From Methanoculleus sp. UBA430 (GTDB lineage: Archaea; Halobacteriota; Methanomicrobia; Methanomicrobiales; Methanoculleaceae): DNA of 24,000 nucleotides. Every line of letters begins with the position of its first letter. Position 1 is the first letter of the stretch. The stretch is taken from the NCBI RefSeq assembly GCF_002506585.1, contig NZ_DAXW01000016.1, positions 70,385-94,384 on the forward strand, written 5' to 3'. Below, piece after piece: positions 14,332 through 22,064 of the stretch. Below the pieces are notes generated by a model, which did no database searches, was not told the DNA's origin, and worked only from the letters and a program-made list of their open reading frames with translations. Made by a program: the position numbers and the translations under genes.

Positions 14332-14360
14332 AAAAAACTCAAACGATAAGAAGATCCTTA

Positions 14361-14903
14361 ATGTTCGTTCCGACCAAGTGTTTCTTTACGAAGGGTGTGG
14401 GTATCCACAAAGACAAACTGGCGTCATTTGAGCTGGCCCTCCGGCAGGCGGGCATCGAGAAGTACAATCTGGTCTACGTCTCGAGTATCTTTCCTCCGAA
14501 CTGCCAGTTGATCTCGCCAGAGGAGGGTCTAAAGGACCTCTCGCCGGGCAGCATCGTCTACGTCGTCATGGCCCGGAACGAGACCAACGAGCCGAGCAGG
14601 CTCGCCTCAGCCGCCATCGGCCACGCGATGCCCAAGGAGAGCAACGCCTACGGCTACCTCTCCGAGCACCACGCCTTCGGCGAGACAGCGGAAGTCTCGG
14701 GCGAATATGCCGAAGACCTTGCGGCAACCATGCTTGCGACAACGCTCGGCATCGAGTTCGATCCCGACCAGGCGTGGCAGGAACGGGAGCAGATCTACAA
14801 AGCAAGCGGCCGGATCATCAACACGACTCACACCTGCCAGGCGGCTGAAGGGGTTATGGACGGCCGCTGGACGACGGTCATCGCCGCAGCAGTCTTCCTG
14901 TAA
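14361..14903 (+). CDS. pdaD: Pyruvoyl-dependent arginine decarboxylase proenzyme (PdaD)
   Basis: The 180-aa ORF reads '[45 protein letters not shown]'. This is the PdaD-family N-terminus, including the Ser-Ser self-cleavage site ('VSSI'). Confidence 0.9.
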   Translation: MFVPTKCFFTKGVGIHKDKLASFELALRQAGIEKYNLVYVSSIFPPNCQLISPEEGLKDLSPGSIVYVVMARNETNEPSRLASAAIGHAMPKESNAYGYLSEHHAFGETAEVSGEYAEDLAATMLATTLGIEFDPDQAWQEREQIYKASGRIINTTHTCQAAEGVMDGRWTTVIAAAVFL

Positions 14904-14928
14904 CGCTGCACCCTCTCCGGCAGTCGTC

Positions 14929-14933
14929 TTTTT
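14929..14933 (+). terminator. Oligo-T (T5) tract downstream of pdaD
   Basis: 'gtcgtctttttccc' lies 26 nt after the pdaD stop. Archaeal terminators are typically oligo-T runs. Confidence 0.3.
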
Positions 14934-15044
14934 CCCGCCCGCTGCCGGGGCCGGCCACTTCCGGCCATCCACCGAAGCGCTCTCCCGGGCTGGAGCGCAA
15001 GACAAAATACCTCCCGGGACCCACATTGTATCCAGGTTTTTCAT

Positions 15045-16334
15045 ATGCGTCTACCAATACGGGCCGTAACCCCGACAACCGAATCTGCCGAGGTCATCGG
15101 CTGGGTGCATGAGGTCCGCGATCTCGGAGGACTCGCATTCTTCCTGATCCGTGACCGGACCGGTATCATCCAGGTGACCATCCCCAAGAAGAAGGTCACG
15201 GCAGAGATCCTCGATGTCGCCAGGAACGTCTCAAAAGAGTCTGTGGTCAGGGTCCAGGGCAGGGTGAAGGCGATCGAGAAGGCTCCCGGCGGGCGCGAGA
15301 TAGTCCCGGACGAACTCGAGATCGTTAGCCTCGCAGGGAGCCCGCTCCCCCTCGACGTCGCCGAGAAGGTGCCCGCTGAGATGGATACCCGGCTCGACTC
15401 CCGGTTCCTGGATGCGAGGAAACCGCGTGTCCGCGCTATCTTCTTCATCCGCTCGGCGGTGACCTCGTCCGCGACCGCGTTCCTCGCCTCAAGAGGCTGC
15501 ATCAACATCACCACCCCCAAAGTCGTCGCGGCGGCGACCGAGGGCGGCACGGAACTCTTCCCGATCGCCTACTTCGAGAAGGAGGCGTTCCTGAATCAGA
15601 GCCCGCAGCTCTATAAGCAGATGATGATGGCTGCCGGGTTCGAGGCGGTCTTCGAGCTCGGCCCCATCTTCCGCGCCGAGGAGCACAACACCGTCCGGCA
15701 CCTCAACGAGGCGACGAGCCTCGATCTCGAGGTCTCGTTTGCCGACCACAACGACGTCATGGTGCTCCTTGAGGACCTGATCGTCCACGTCTACGAGTAT
15801 GTCCGGGAGAACTGCGCCGAACAGCTCGCAGAACTCGGTGTCGACCTCAAGACCCCGGCAAAGCCGTTCCCCCGGATCCCCTATACGGAAGCCATCGAGA
15901 TCGCGAACAGAACGATCGAGGAGAAACTCACCTTCGGCGACGACCTCTCCCCGGCTGCCGAGCGGGCGATCGGCGATACGGTCGGACAGCACTACTTCAT
16001 TGTCGACTGGCCGACCGATATCCGGCCCTACTACGCGATGCCCTACCCGGAGAGGCCGGAGTTCTGCAAGGCCTTCGACATGATGCATCCCCGGATGGAG
16101 CTCTCCTCCGGTGCCCAGCGTATCCACGACTACGACCTCCTCGTGGAGCGGATCCGCGCAAAAGGCCTCTCCCCGGAGAGTTTCGAGTTCTACTTAAAGA
16201 CGTTCCGCTACGGCATGCCCCCGCACGCCGGGTGGGGGCTCGGCATCGAGCGCCTGGTGATGACGATGCTCGACCTCCCTAACATCCGCGAGGCGGTGCT
16301 CTTCCCCCGCGACCGGCACAGACTGACCCCATGA
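15045..16334 (+). CDS. aspS: Aspartyl-tRNA synthetase, archaeal type
   Basis: The 429-aa ORF has an OB anticodon-binding N-terminus 'VIGWVHEVRDLGGLAFFLIRDRTGIIQV'. Class II motifs are 'FRAEEHNTVRHLNE', 'ELSSGAQRIHD' and 'GMPPHAGWGLGIERLVM'. Confidence 0.95.
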   Translation: MRLPIRAVTPTTESAEVIGWVHEVRDLGGLAFFLIRDRTGIIQVTIPKKKVTAEILDVARNVSKESVVRVQGRVKAIEKAPGGREIVPDELEIVSLAGSPLPLDVAEKVPAEMDTRLDSRFLDARKPRVRAIFFIRSAVTSSATAFLASRGCINITTPKVVAAATEGGTELFPIAYFEKEAFLNQSPQLYKQMMMAAGFEAVFELGPIFRAEEHNTVRHLNEATSLDLEVSFADHNDVMVLLEDLIVHVYEYVRENCAEQLAELGVDLKTPAKPFPRIPYTEAIEIANRTIEEKLTFGDDLSPAAERAIGDTVGQHYFIVDWPTDIRPYYAMPYPERPEFCKAFDMMHPRMELSSGAQRIHDYDLLVERIRAKGLSPESFEFYLKTFRYGMPPHAGWGLGIERLVMTMLDLPNIREAVLFPRDRHRLTP

Positions 16335-16399
16335 GTTTAATTACACCGGCGACGTAGCAGTTATCTGCCAGCCGTCTGACCGGCACAGGCCGTGACCCC

Positions 16400-17302
16400 A
16401 TGACCCTGATAAGCACGTGTCTCCCGACCACCGTTGTCGGGAGTTACCCGGTGGTGAAAGGCTCCGGGCTTCTCGCCCGCATGGACCCGCTGAAGCACGC
16501 GGTGGAGACAGCGGTCGCCGACCAGATCAGCGCCGGGATCGATATCATCTCGGACGGCCAGGTCCGGAGCGACATGATCCGGGCCTTCACCTCCCACCTC
16601 CCCGGCATCCGGGGGTCGTCGGTCGTCGGGAAGGTCGAGCCCGCCCGGCAGGCGATCACCCTCGCAGACACGAAGTACGCCCTCTCCCGGCACCCGAAGG
16701 TGAAGGGGATCCTCACCGGGCCGAGCACGCTTGCGCACGGGCTCTCGATCGAGACGCCGTTCTACCGGAACAAAGACGAACTGGTCCAGGACCTCGCCCA
16801 GGCGCTCGCGGTCGAGGCGGGCTACCTCCAGGACGCCGGGGTCGCGCTCCTCCAGATCGACGAGCCGATCTTCTCGACGGGGGCGGCAAACCTCGCCGTC
16901 GGCCGCGAGGCGGTCAACGCGATCGCCGCCCGGCTCCGGGTGCCCGTCTGCCTCCACGTCTGCGGAAATCTGGAGGCGGTCATCGACGATGTCTTGAAGA
17001 CGAATGTCGCCATCTTCGATTTTGAGTTTGCGAATAATCCTCATAACATCGAGGTGCTCTCGGCAAAGGATCTCCGTGGCCGGATGGTCGGCTACGGCTG
17101 CGTGGACTCGGCGAGCCCCGCGATCGAGAGCGTCGAGGTTATTCGCAAACGGATCGAGGCCGGAGTCGACGTCTTTTCGGCGAAAGCCATGCTCCTTGAC
17201 CCTGACTGCGGCCTCCGGATGCAGTCACGCGAAGCCGCGTCTGGAAAACTGAAGAATATGGTCGCTGCGGCAGGCGAGGTCCGGGCCGGGTATCCGGACT
17301 GA
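16400..17302 (+). CDS. metE: Cobalamin-independent methionine synthase family protein (short archaeal MetE, C-terminal-domain type)
   Basis: The 300-aa ORF has 'TTVVGSYP', 'ISDGQVR', 'LQIDEP' and Zn-ligand contexts 'CLHVCGN' and 'DPDCGL'. Confidence 0.8.
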   Translation: MTLISTCLPTTVVGSYPVVKGSGLLARMDPLKHAVETAVADQISAGIDIISDGQVRSDMIRAFTSHLPGIRGSSVVGKVEPARQAITLADTKYALSRHPKVKGILTGPSTLAHGLSIETPFYRNKDELVQDLAQALAVEAGYLQDAGVALLQIDEPIFSTGAANLAVGREAVNAIAARLRVPVCLHVCGNLEAVIDDVLKTNVAIFDFEFANNPHNIEVLSAKDLRGRMVGYGCVDSASPAIESVEVIRKRIEAGVDVFSAKAMLLDPDCGLRMQSREAASGKLKNMVAAAGEVRAGYPD

Positions 17303-17388
17303 GCCTTCCACCGTCTCACGCGAAGTGCGAGCGTAAGCGAGTTTGAGAAGACCGAAGGTCTTTGTGTGGCGCGAAGGCGGGTCCCGGC

Positions 17389-17973
17389 CTAGACCACCCG
17401 CGAGGTCGTCGAGAGTTCGAGGCCCCTGGCGATGATGTGGTAGGGGATCACCCGTTGCGGCACGTCCGCACCCTTGAGTTTCTCGATGGCGAGCGTCCGC
17501 TCGAACTCGTTGCCGTGGACCTGGTGTCTGAGGGTGATGAAGATGTCGGCGGCACGCATCATCCGCGCCTCCTCGAGGGGGCTGTGGAGACCGGTGTAGA
17601 GGAGGTAGACGATGGTTGCCCCGGAATCAACGATCCCCCGGGTATCCTCGAGGACAAACCGGGTGGCTGCATTGATCCCCCGGTCGGCGATCAGCGTGGA
17701 GAGTGAGTCCACGACGATCCGCTCTCCCTGCATGGCTCCGGCGAGCGTTACGGCGTCCATCCCCCGTGCGTCGGTCATCTCCTCGGTCGGCACGGCATCA
17801 AGCATCAGGTAGGTGCCTGTTTTCTCTCCGGCCTGCCAGAACTGCTGCGCCAGGAGTTCAAGGCCGCTTAAAGGAGATCCGGAGATGATGATGCGAGTGC
17901 CCGGCGGGAACCCCCCGTCGAGCGCAAGGTCAAGGCCCGCAATCCCCGTCGAACGTCTGGTGGTGTTTGCCAC
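17389..17973 (-). CDS. KaiC/RecA-superfamily ATPase-like protein with a degenerate Walker A motif
   Basis: The 194-aa ORF has a GTG start. 'STGIAGLDLALDGGFPPGTRIIISG' is the typical KaiC/Rad55-like entry. The P-loop reads 'SGSPLSGLE' instead of GxPGxGK[ST]. A Walker-B-like 'RIVVDSLS' is present. Confidence 0.7.
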   Translation of the reverse strand: MANTTRRSTGIAGLDLALDGGFPPGTRIIISGSPLSGLELLAQQFWQAGEKTGTYLMLDAVPTEEMTDARGMDAVTLAGAMQGERIVVDSLSTLIADRGINAATRFVLEDTRGIVDSGATIVYLLYTGLHSPLEEARMMRAADIFITLRHQVHGNEFERTLAIEKLKGADVPQRVIPYHIIARGLELSTTSRVV

Positions 17974-18046
17974 GTCTGTACCTCGGCTATCTCTCGGGAC
18001 TATCTATTCACGGCCCGTTTCTTAATACTACCCGTCGGGTACGGCT

Positions 18047-19588
18047 TCACGCACCGCTGGCGGTGCAGTATTCTTCCCGCAGGCGCTTCCTGAGGAGTTT
18101 CCACCCGTTCACCCGGGGGATCTCGGCGGTGAAGATGATCCGGCGGGGGACCTTGTAGCCCGCGAGGTGTTCGCGGGCGAAGGCGAGGATATCTTCGGCG
18201 GCGACGCCCTCTCCGGCGGGGACCACCACCGCCACCGGGACCTCCCCCCGGTGCTCGTCGGTGCACCCGAAGACCGCCGCGTCGCGGACGGCCGGGTGCT
18301 GGACCAGGACGTCCTCGACCTCGGTCGGGTAGACCTTCCAGCCCGACATGACGATCATGTCCTTTTTGCGGTCGGTGATGTAGAGCATCCCGTCCGCATC
18401 CAGGTGGCCGACATCGCCGGTCAGGAACCAGCCCTCAGGGAGGAAGGTGGCGGCGGTCTCTTCCGGCATCTGCCAGTAGCCGAGCGCCACCCCGGGTCCC
18501 CGGAGAGCGATCTCCCCGTCCTCACCGGCCTCGAGCTCCCGATCGGGGTCGTTCGCGTCCACGATCTTCACCTCCGAAAAGCCGACCGGGGTGCCGACAC
18601 TCCGGAATTCGTCGGCGGTCGCGTAGTGCTCCGGGCGGATGGCGGTCCCGGTCCCGACGACGACCGTCTCGGAGAGGCCGTAGGCGTTGACGACCGGGAT
18701 CTTGAACCGCTCGTGGAAGGGTTTCCAGACGCCGGGCGTCAGGGGGCCGCCGCCGCTGATCATCGCCCGTGCGGTGGCGAGCGCCGCTTCGGTCCCCGGC
18801 GGGGTCTGGAGGAGTGAGTGGATCACCGGCGGCATCCCGGCGACGATCGTCGCCCGGTGCTCATGGGCGAGGTCGAGGTAGCGGTCAAGGTCGAACCGCT
18901 CCATGACGACGTAGGTCCCGCCGGCCCGGAGGGTGGCGACGCCCCAGCTGATGCCGACGTGCCCCATCGGGTAGATGCCGAGGTAGATGTCGTCGGGGGT
19001 GATCCGGAGGACGTCCCGTTCGGCGTCCATTGCCGCGATCCAGTTTCCGTGGGTGAGCATGGCGCCTTTCGGCTTTCCGGTGGTCCCGGAGGTGTACTGG
19101 ATCTGGCAGAGGTCGTCGAACCGGCAGTGGGCGGCACGGCGGCACGGTTCGGCACGGAGGAGGTCAACCCAGGGGATTGCGCCCGCGGCATCCCCGCCGA
19201 CGGCGACGACGTGCCGGAGTGTTGGGGCCCGGTCGCGGATGCGGCCGACGAGGGCGGCACCCTCGACGTCGGTGATGACGGCGGCGGCTCCTGCGTCGCG
19301 GACGGCGTAGAGGACCTCGTTCTCCCGGTAGACCCGGTTCGTCGGGACCGCGACGGCGCCGATCCGCCAGAGGGCAAAGTAGGTGATGAGGTACTCCGGC
19401 GAACTGTCGAGATAGATGCAGACCCGCTCCCCGCGCCCGATCCCGAGGGCGAGGAGGCCGCCTGCGGCCCGGGCGACCAGGTCGAGGAGGTCGGCGCGGG
19501 TATAGGACTCCCCCCGGGAGGGGACGACGAGAGCGGTTTTTGTGGGGTTACAGGCGTTGGCGTCGAGAAACGTGGTGCAGTTCGGCAT
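18047..19588 (-). CDS. AMP-forming acyl-CoA synthetase / fatty-acid-CoA ligase family
   Basis: The 513-aa protein starts at the ATG at 19588 (MPNCTTFLDANA...). The AMP-binding signature is 'YTSGTTGKPKGAMLTHGN'; 'YGLSET', 'GWFLTGDVG' and 'DRKKDMIVMSGWKVYP' follow. The C-terminal A10-like segment is 'IPRVNGWKLLRKRL'. The 176 extra N-terminal codons of the track ORF run antisense through the GNAT gene. Confidence 0.9.
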   Translation of the reverse strand: MPNCTTFLDANACNPTKTALVVPSRGESYTRADLLDLVARAAGGLLALGIGRGERVCIYLDSSPEYLITYFALWRIGAVAVPTNRVYRENEVLYAVRDAGAAAVITDVEGAALVGRIRDRAPTLRHVVAVGGDAAGAIPWVDLLRAEPCRRAAHCRFDDLCQIQYTSGTTGKPKGAMLTHGNWIAAMDAERDVLRITPDDIYLGIYPMGHVGISWGVATLRAGGTYVVMERFDLDRYLDLAHEHRATIVAGMPPVIHSLLQTPPGTEAALATARAMISGGGPLTPGVWKPFHERFKIPVVNAYGLSETVVVGTGTAIRPEHYATADEFRSVGTPVGFSEVKIVDANDPDRELEAGEDGEIALRGPGVALGYWQMPEETAATFLPEGWFLTGDVGHLDADGMLYITDRKKDMIVMSGWKVYPTEVEDVLVQHPAVRDAAVFGCTDEHRGEVPVAVVVPAGEGVAAEDILAFAREHLAGYKVPRRIIFTAEIPRVNGWKLLRKRLREEYCTASGA

Positions 19589-19735
19589 GGAGGGGCTCCG
19601 TGTTACAGGGTTGCGCTTTAATGTATATGCTTGCGCATAGTGCTGTAAATAGGTTGCCCCCGGGGATATGGGAGCGGTCGGGACCCCGGCGGGTAAAACC
19701 AAAAGGAGATTACCGGAGAGGGAGAACCGGGGTAT

Positions 19736-20203
19736 ATGCAGAGCGACACGCCACTCGTCCGCGAGGCCGTCTCCGAAGACCTGAACCCGGTCCTCTCCCT
19801 CTACACCCATATGCACGACGCCGATGAGAGCGCTGATGTTCATACGCTCCAGGCGGCATGGGAGGCTATCCTCGCCGACCCCCGGACCTGTCTCTTCATC
19901 CTCGAGCACGGGGGCGTGCCGGTCTCCTCGTGCGTCCTCCACATCCTCCAGAACCTTACGCGGGGCGCACGTCCCTACGGCCTCATTGAGAACGTCGTGA
20001 CGCACCGTGAGTTCCGGAACCGGGGATTCGGGACGGCCCTCCTCGCCCATGCCCTGGACCGTGCGTGGGGGAAGAACTGCTACAAGGTGATGCTTCTGAC
20101 CGGCCGGAGGGAGCAAAACGTCTTCCGGCTCTACGAGAAGGCCGGGTTCGTCCGGGGCGTCAAGGAAGGGCTGATCGCGTATCCGCCGCCGGGCGGCTGG
20201 TGA
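19736..20203 (+). CDS. GNAT-family N-acetyltransferase
   Basis: The 155-aa ORF has the acetyl-CoA-binding motif A 'IENVVTHREFRNRGFGTALLAHAL' and 'FRLYEKAGF'. Confidence 0.85.
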   Translation: MQSDTPLVREAVSEDLNPVLSLYTHMHDADESADVHTLQAAWEAILADPRTCLFILEHGGVPVSSCVLHILQNLTRGARPYGLIENVVTHREFRNRGFGTALLAHALDRAWGKNCYKVMLLTGRREQNVFRLYEKAGFVRGVKEGLIAYPPPGGW

Positions 20204-20312
20204 CCCCGGGCTCCCTGTCCCGGCAATCTTTCCGGACGCCGGCCAAAAACTGCCGCAAAAACCGCAAAACCCAAATCACGCTGCACAAAATTGATATCTA
20301 AGGTAGAAGATC

Positions 20313-21971
20313 GTGCATGCAAGAAACTTACGCGGTATGAGGGCAGGACTGGCCCTGCTGGTTCTGCTTCTCTTCTCCATAACGTTGCCGGCATTCGCCG
20401 GCCTCTACACCGACTCCTGCGGGACGGTATGGATGGACGCCTCCATCCCGTTTGAGCGGAACAACGAGACGGCCTACAACGAGGAATTGACGGCGTCGTA
20501 CGCGCCCATCATGGCGAACCTGACGGAGGCTCCCGATCTCAGCAGCAGGTCCTGGAGCGACGCCTTCCGCGAGGCGTGCGCCTATATGGAAGAGCGCTAC
20601 GCCTTCACGGAGTGGCGCGGCGTCGACTGGGACGCCCTGTATGCGGCCTACGCGCCGGAGATCGCGGACGCCGAGAAGACCCGGGATAACGCCGCCTACT
20701 ACCGGACGCTCCGCGAGTTCGTGTATGCCATCCCCGACGGGCACGTCCTGGTCCTTTCTCCCGACGACTTCGGGACGAAGCATGCCGATATCGGCGGGGG
20801 TTACGGGCTCGCCGTCGCACGGCTCGATTCCGGAAAGGTGATCGCGATGTGCGTCGCGGACGGGAGCGAGGCCGAGCGGGCAGGGATCCGGTTCGGCGAC
20901 GAGGTGGTCTCCTGGAACGGCCGGCCGGTCGGGGAGGCGATCAACGCGACCTCGATCATCTGGACCCCGGTCAAGCCCTCGACCGCCGAGGGCATCCTCC
21001 TCCACAAACTGCGGTTCCTGACCCGGGCGCCGGTCGGGACCCCGGCAACCGTCGGCATCGCCGGCCCGGAGGATTCCGTCCCCCGCACAATCAACCTGAC
21101 GGCGACGGACGACGGCTACGAGACCCTCGCCCGGACGAGCATTTTCCTCGGCCGCGAGGTGAACGACGGAGCGGCCGGATCGTCGGCGGAGCTCAAGGCG
21201 ATGATCACGAACGAGAGCGTGACCGCCCGGACCCTCCCCGGAGGCATCGCTTACATCGCTGTCTACGAAGAGTCCTATAACGTCTACCAGCCCTTCAGGG
21301 CGGCGGTGGAGGGTGCCATCGCCGACGGTGCGCCCGGCATCGTCGTCGACCTCCGGTTCAACCGGGGCGGGGACGACAACCTGGCCGCCGCCTACGCCGG
21401 CTGGTTCGTGGACCGGCCGGTCTTCTACGAGTACGGCACCACCTACGACCCCGGGACCGGGGAGCAGGCGGTTCTCTGGGAGTCCTGGAGCAAGCCCCGG
21501 CCCGACCGCTACGCGGGCCCGGTTGCCCTCCTCGTCAGCCCTTACACCATCAGCTCGGGCGAGGGCCTCCCGAAGGTCTTTGCGGAATCCGGGACGGGCG
21601 CGATCATCTCGTGGTATGGGACGAACGGGGCGTTCGGGATGGAGTCCCTCGGCCCGGTGCTCCCTCTCGGGGTCATGACCGCCTTCCCGGCGGGTGCGTC
21701 GCTCGATGAGCACGGCCGGATACAGGTCGACAGCAACGCGTCGCTGGCCGGCGGGGTCGCCCCGACGGCCCGGATGCCGATGAACGAGGAGACCCTGGCA
21801 CGGGCGATGGCCGGGGAGGATGTCCAGCTCTCGTATGCGGTCGAGTGGATCTGGACGCAGGCGGAGAGCACGACCGCGGAGCCTTTGGCGGTGCCGACAC
21901 AGGCTGCGGCCGGGTGGGCTGCCGTGCTTGCGGCGCTTATGGGCGTCGCGGTCTGGTGCGGCCGGCGGTGA
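20313..21971 (+). CDS. Secreted or membrane-anchored S41-family peptidase with a PDZ domain
   Basis: An N-terminal signal or TM segment 'MRAGLALLVLLLFSITLPAFAG' is present. The PDZ-like segment is 'GKVIAMCVADGSEAERAGIRFGDEVVSWNGRPV'. S41 blocks are 'VVDLRFNRGGD' and 'ALLVSPYTISSGEGL'. A C-terminal hydrophobic helix with a basic tail reads 'WAAVLAALMGVAVWCGRR'. The start is either GTG at 20313 or ATG at 20337. Confidence 0.8.
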   Translation: MHARNLRGMRAGLALLVLLLFSITLPAFAGLYTDSCGTVWMDASIPFERNNETAYNEELTASYAPIMANLTEAPDLSSRSWSDAFREACAYMEERYAFTEWRGVDWDALYAAYAPEIADAEKTRDNAAYYRTLREFVYAIPDGHVLVLSPDDFGTKHADIGGGYGLAVARLDSGKVIAMCVADGSEAERAGIRFGDEVVSWNGRPVGEAINATSIIWTPVKPSTAEGILLHKLRFLTRAPVGTPATVGIAGPEDSVPRTINLTATDDGYETLARTSIFLGREVNDGAAGSSAELKAMITNESVTARTLPGGIAYIAVYEESYNVYQPFRAAVEGAIADGAPGIVVDLRFNRGGDDNLAAAYAGWFVDRPVFYEYGTTYDPGTGEQAVLWESWSKPRPDRYAGPVALLVSPYTISSGEGLPKVFAESGTGAIISWYGTNGAFGMESLGPVLPLGVMTAFPAGASLDEHGRIQVDSNASLAGGVAPTARMPMNEETLARAMAGEDVQLSYAVEWIWTQAESTTAEPLAVPTQAAAGWAAVLAALMGVAVWCGRR

Positions 21972-22064
21972 GGGCGGGGATTACCCCATCCCCATGATGC
22001 GTAACGGAGACCGTTCAGCCCGTACAAAAAAGAGTTCTCCGGGGGTCTCCCCCCGAAGATCCGC

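Noticed and set aside
15489-17044. Minus-strand ORFs of 212 aa (15489-16127) and 227 aa (16361-17044), plus a 202-aa plus-strand off-frame ORF (16417-17025)
   Set aside because: They overlap aspS and the metE-like gene in antisense or off-frame. They carry no motifs and are rich in Arg/Pro/Gly.
18167-19621. Plus-strand ORFs of 216 aa and 267 aa
   Set aside because: They are antisense to the acyl-CoA synthetase gene and are shadow ORFs.
19589-20116. The 176-codon N-terminal extension that turns the acyl-CoA synthetase into a 689-aa ORF
   Set aside because: The extension runs antisense through the GNAT gene and the promoter region and has no AMP-ligase similarity. Family-typical sequence begins at the Met at 19588.
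20328-21713. A 461-aa minus-strand ORF
   Set aside because: It is entirely antisense to the S41 peptidase gene. The translation is Arg/Pro/Gly/Asp-rich and low in complexity, which marks it as a shadow ORF caused by high GC3 on the true coding strand.
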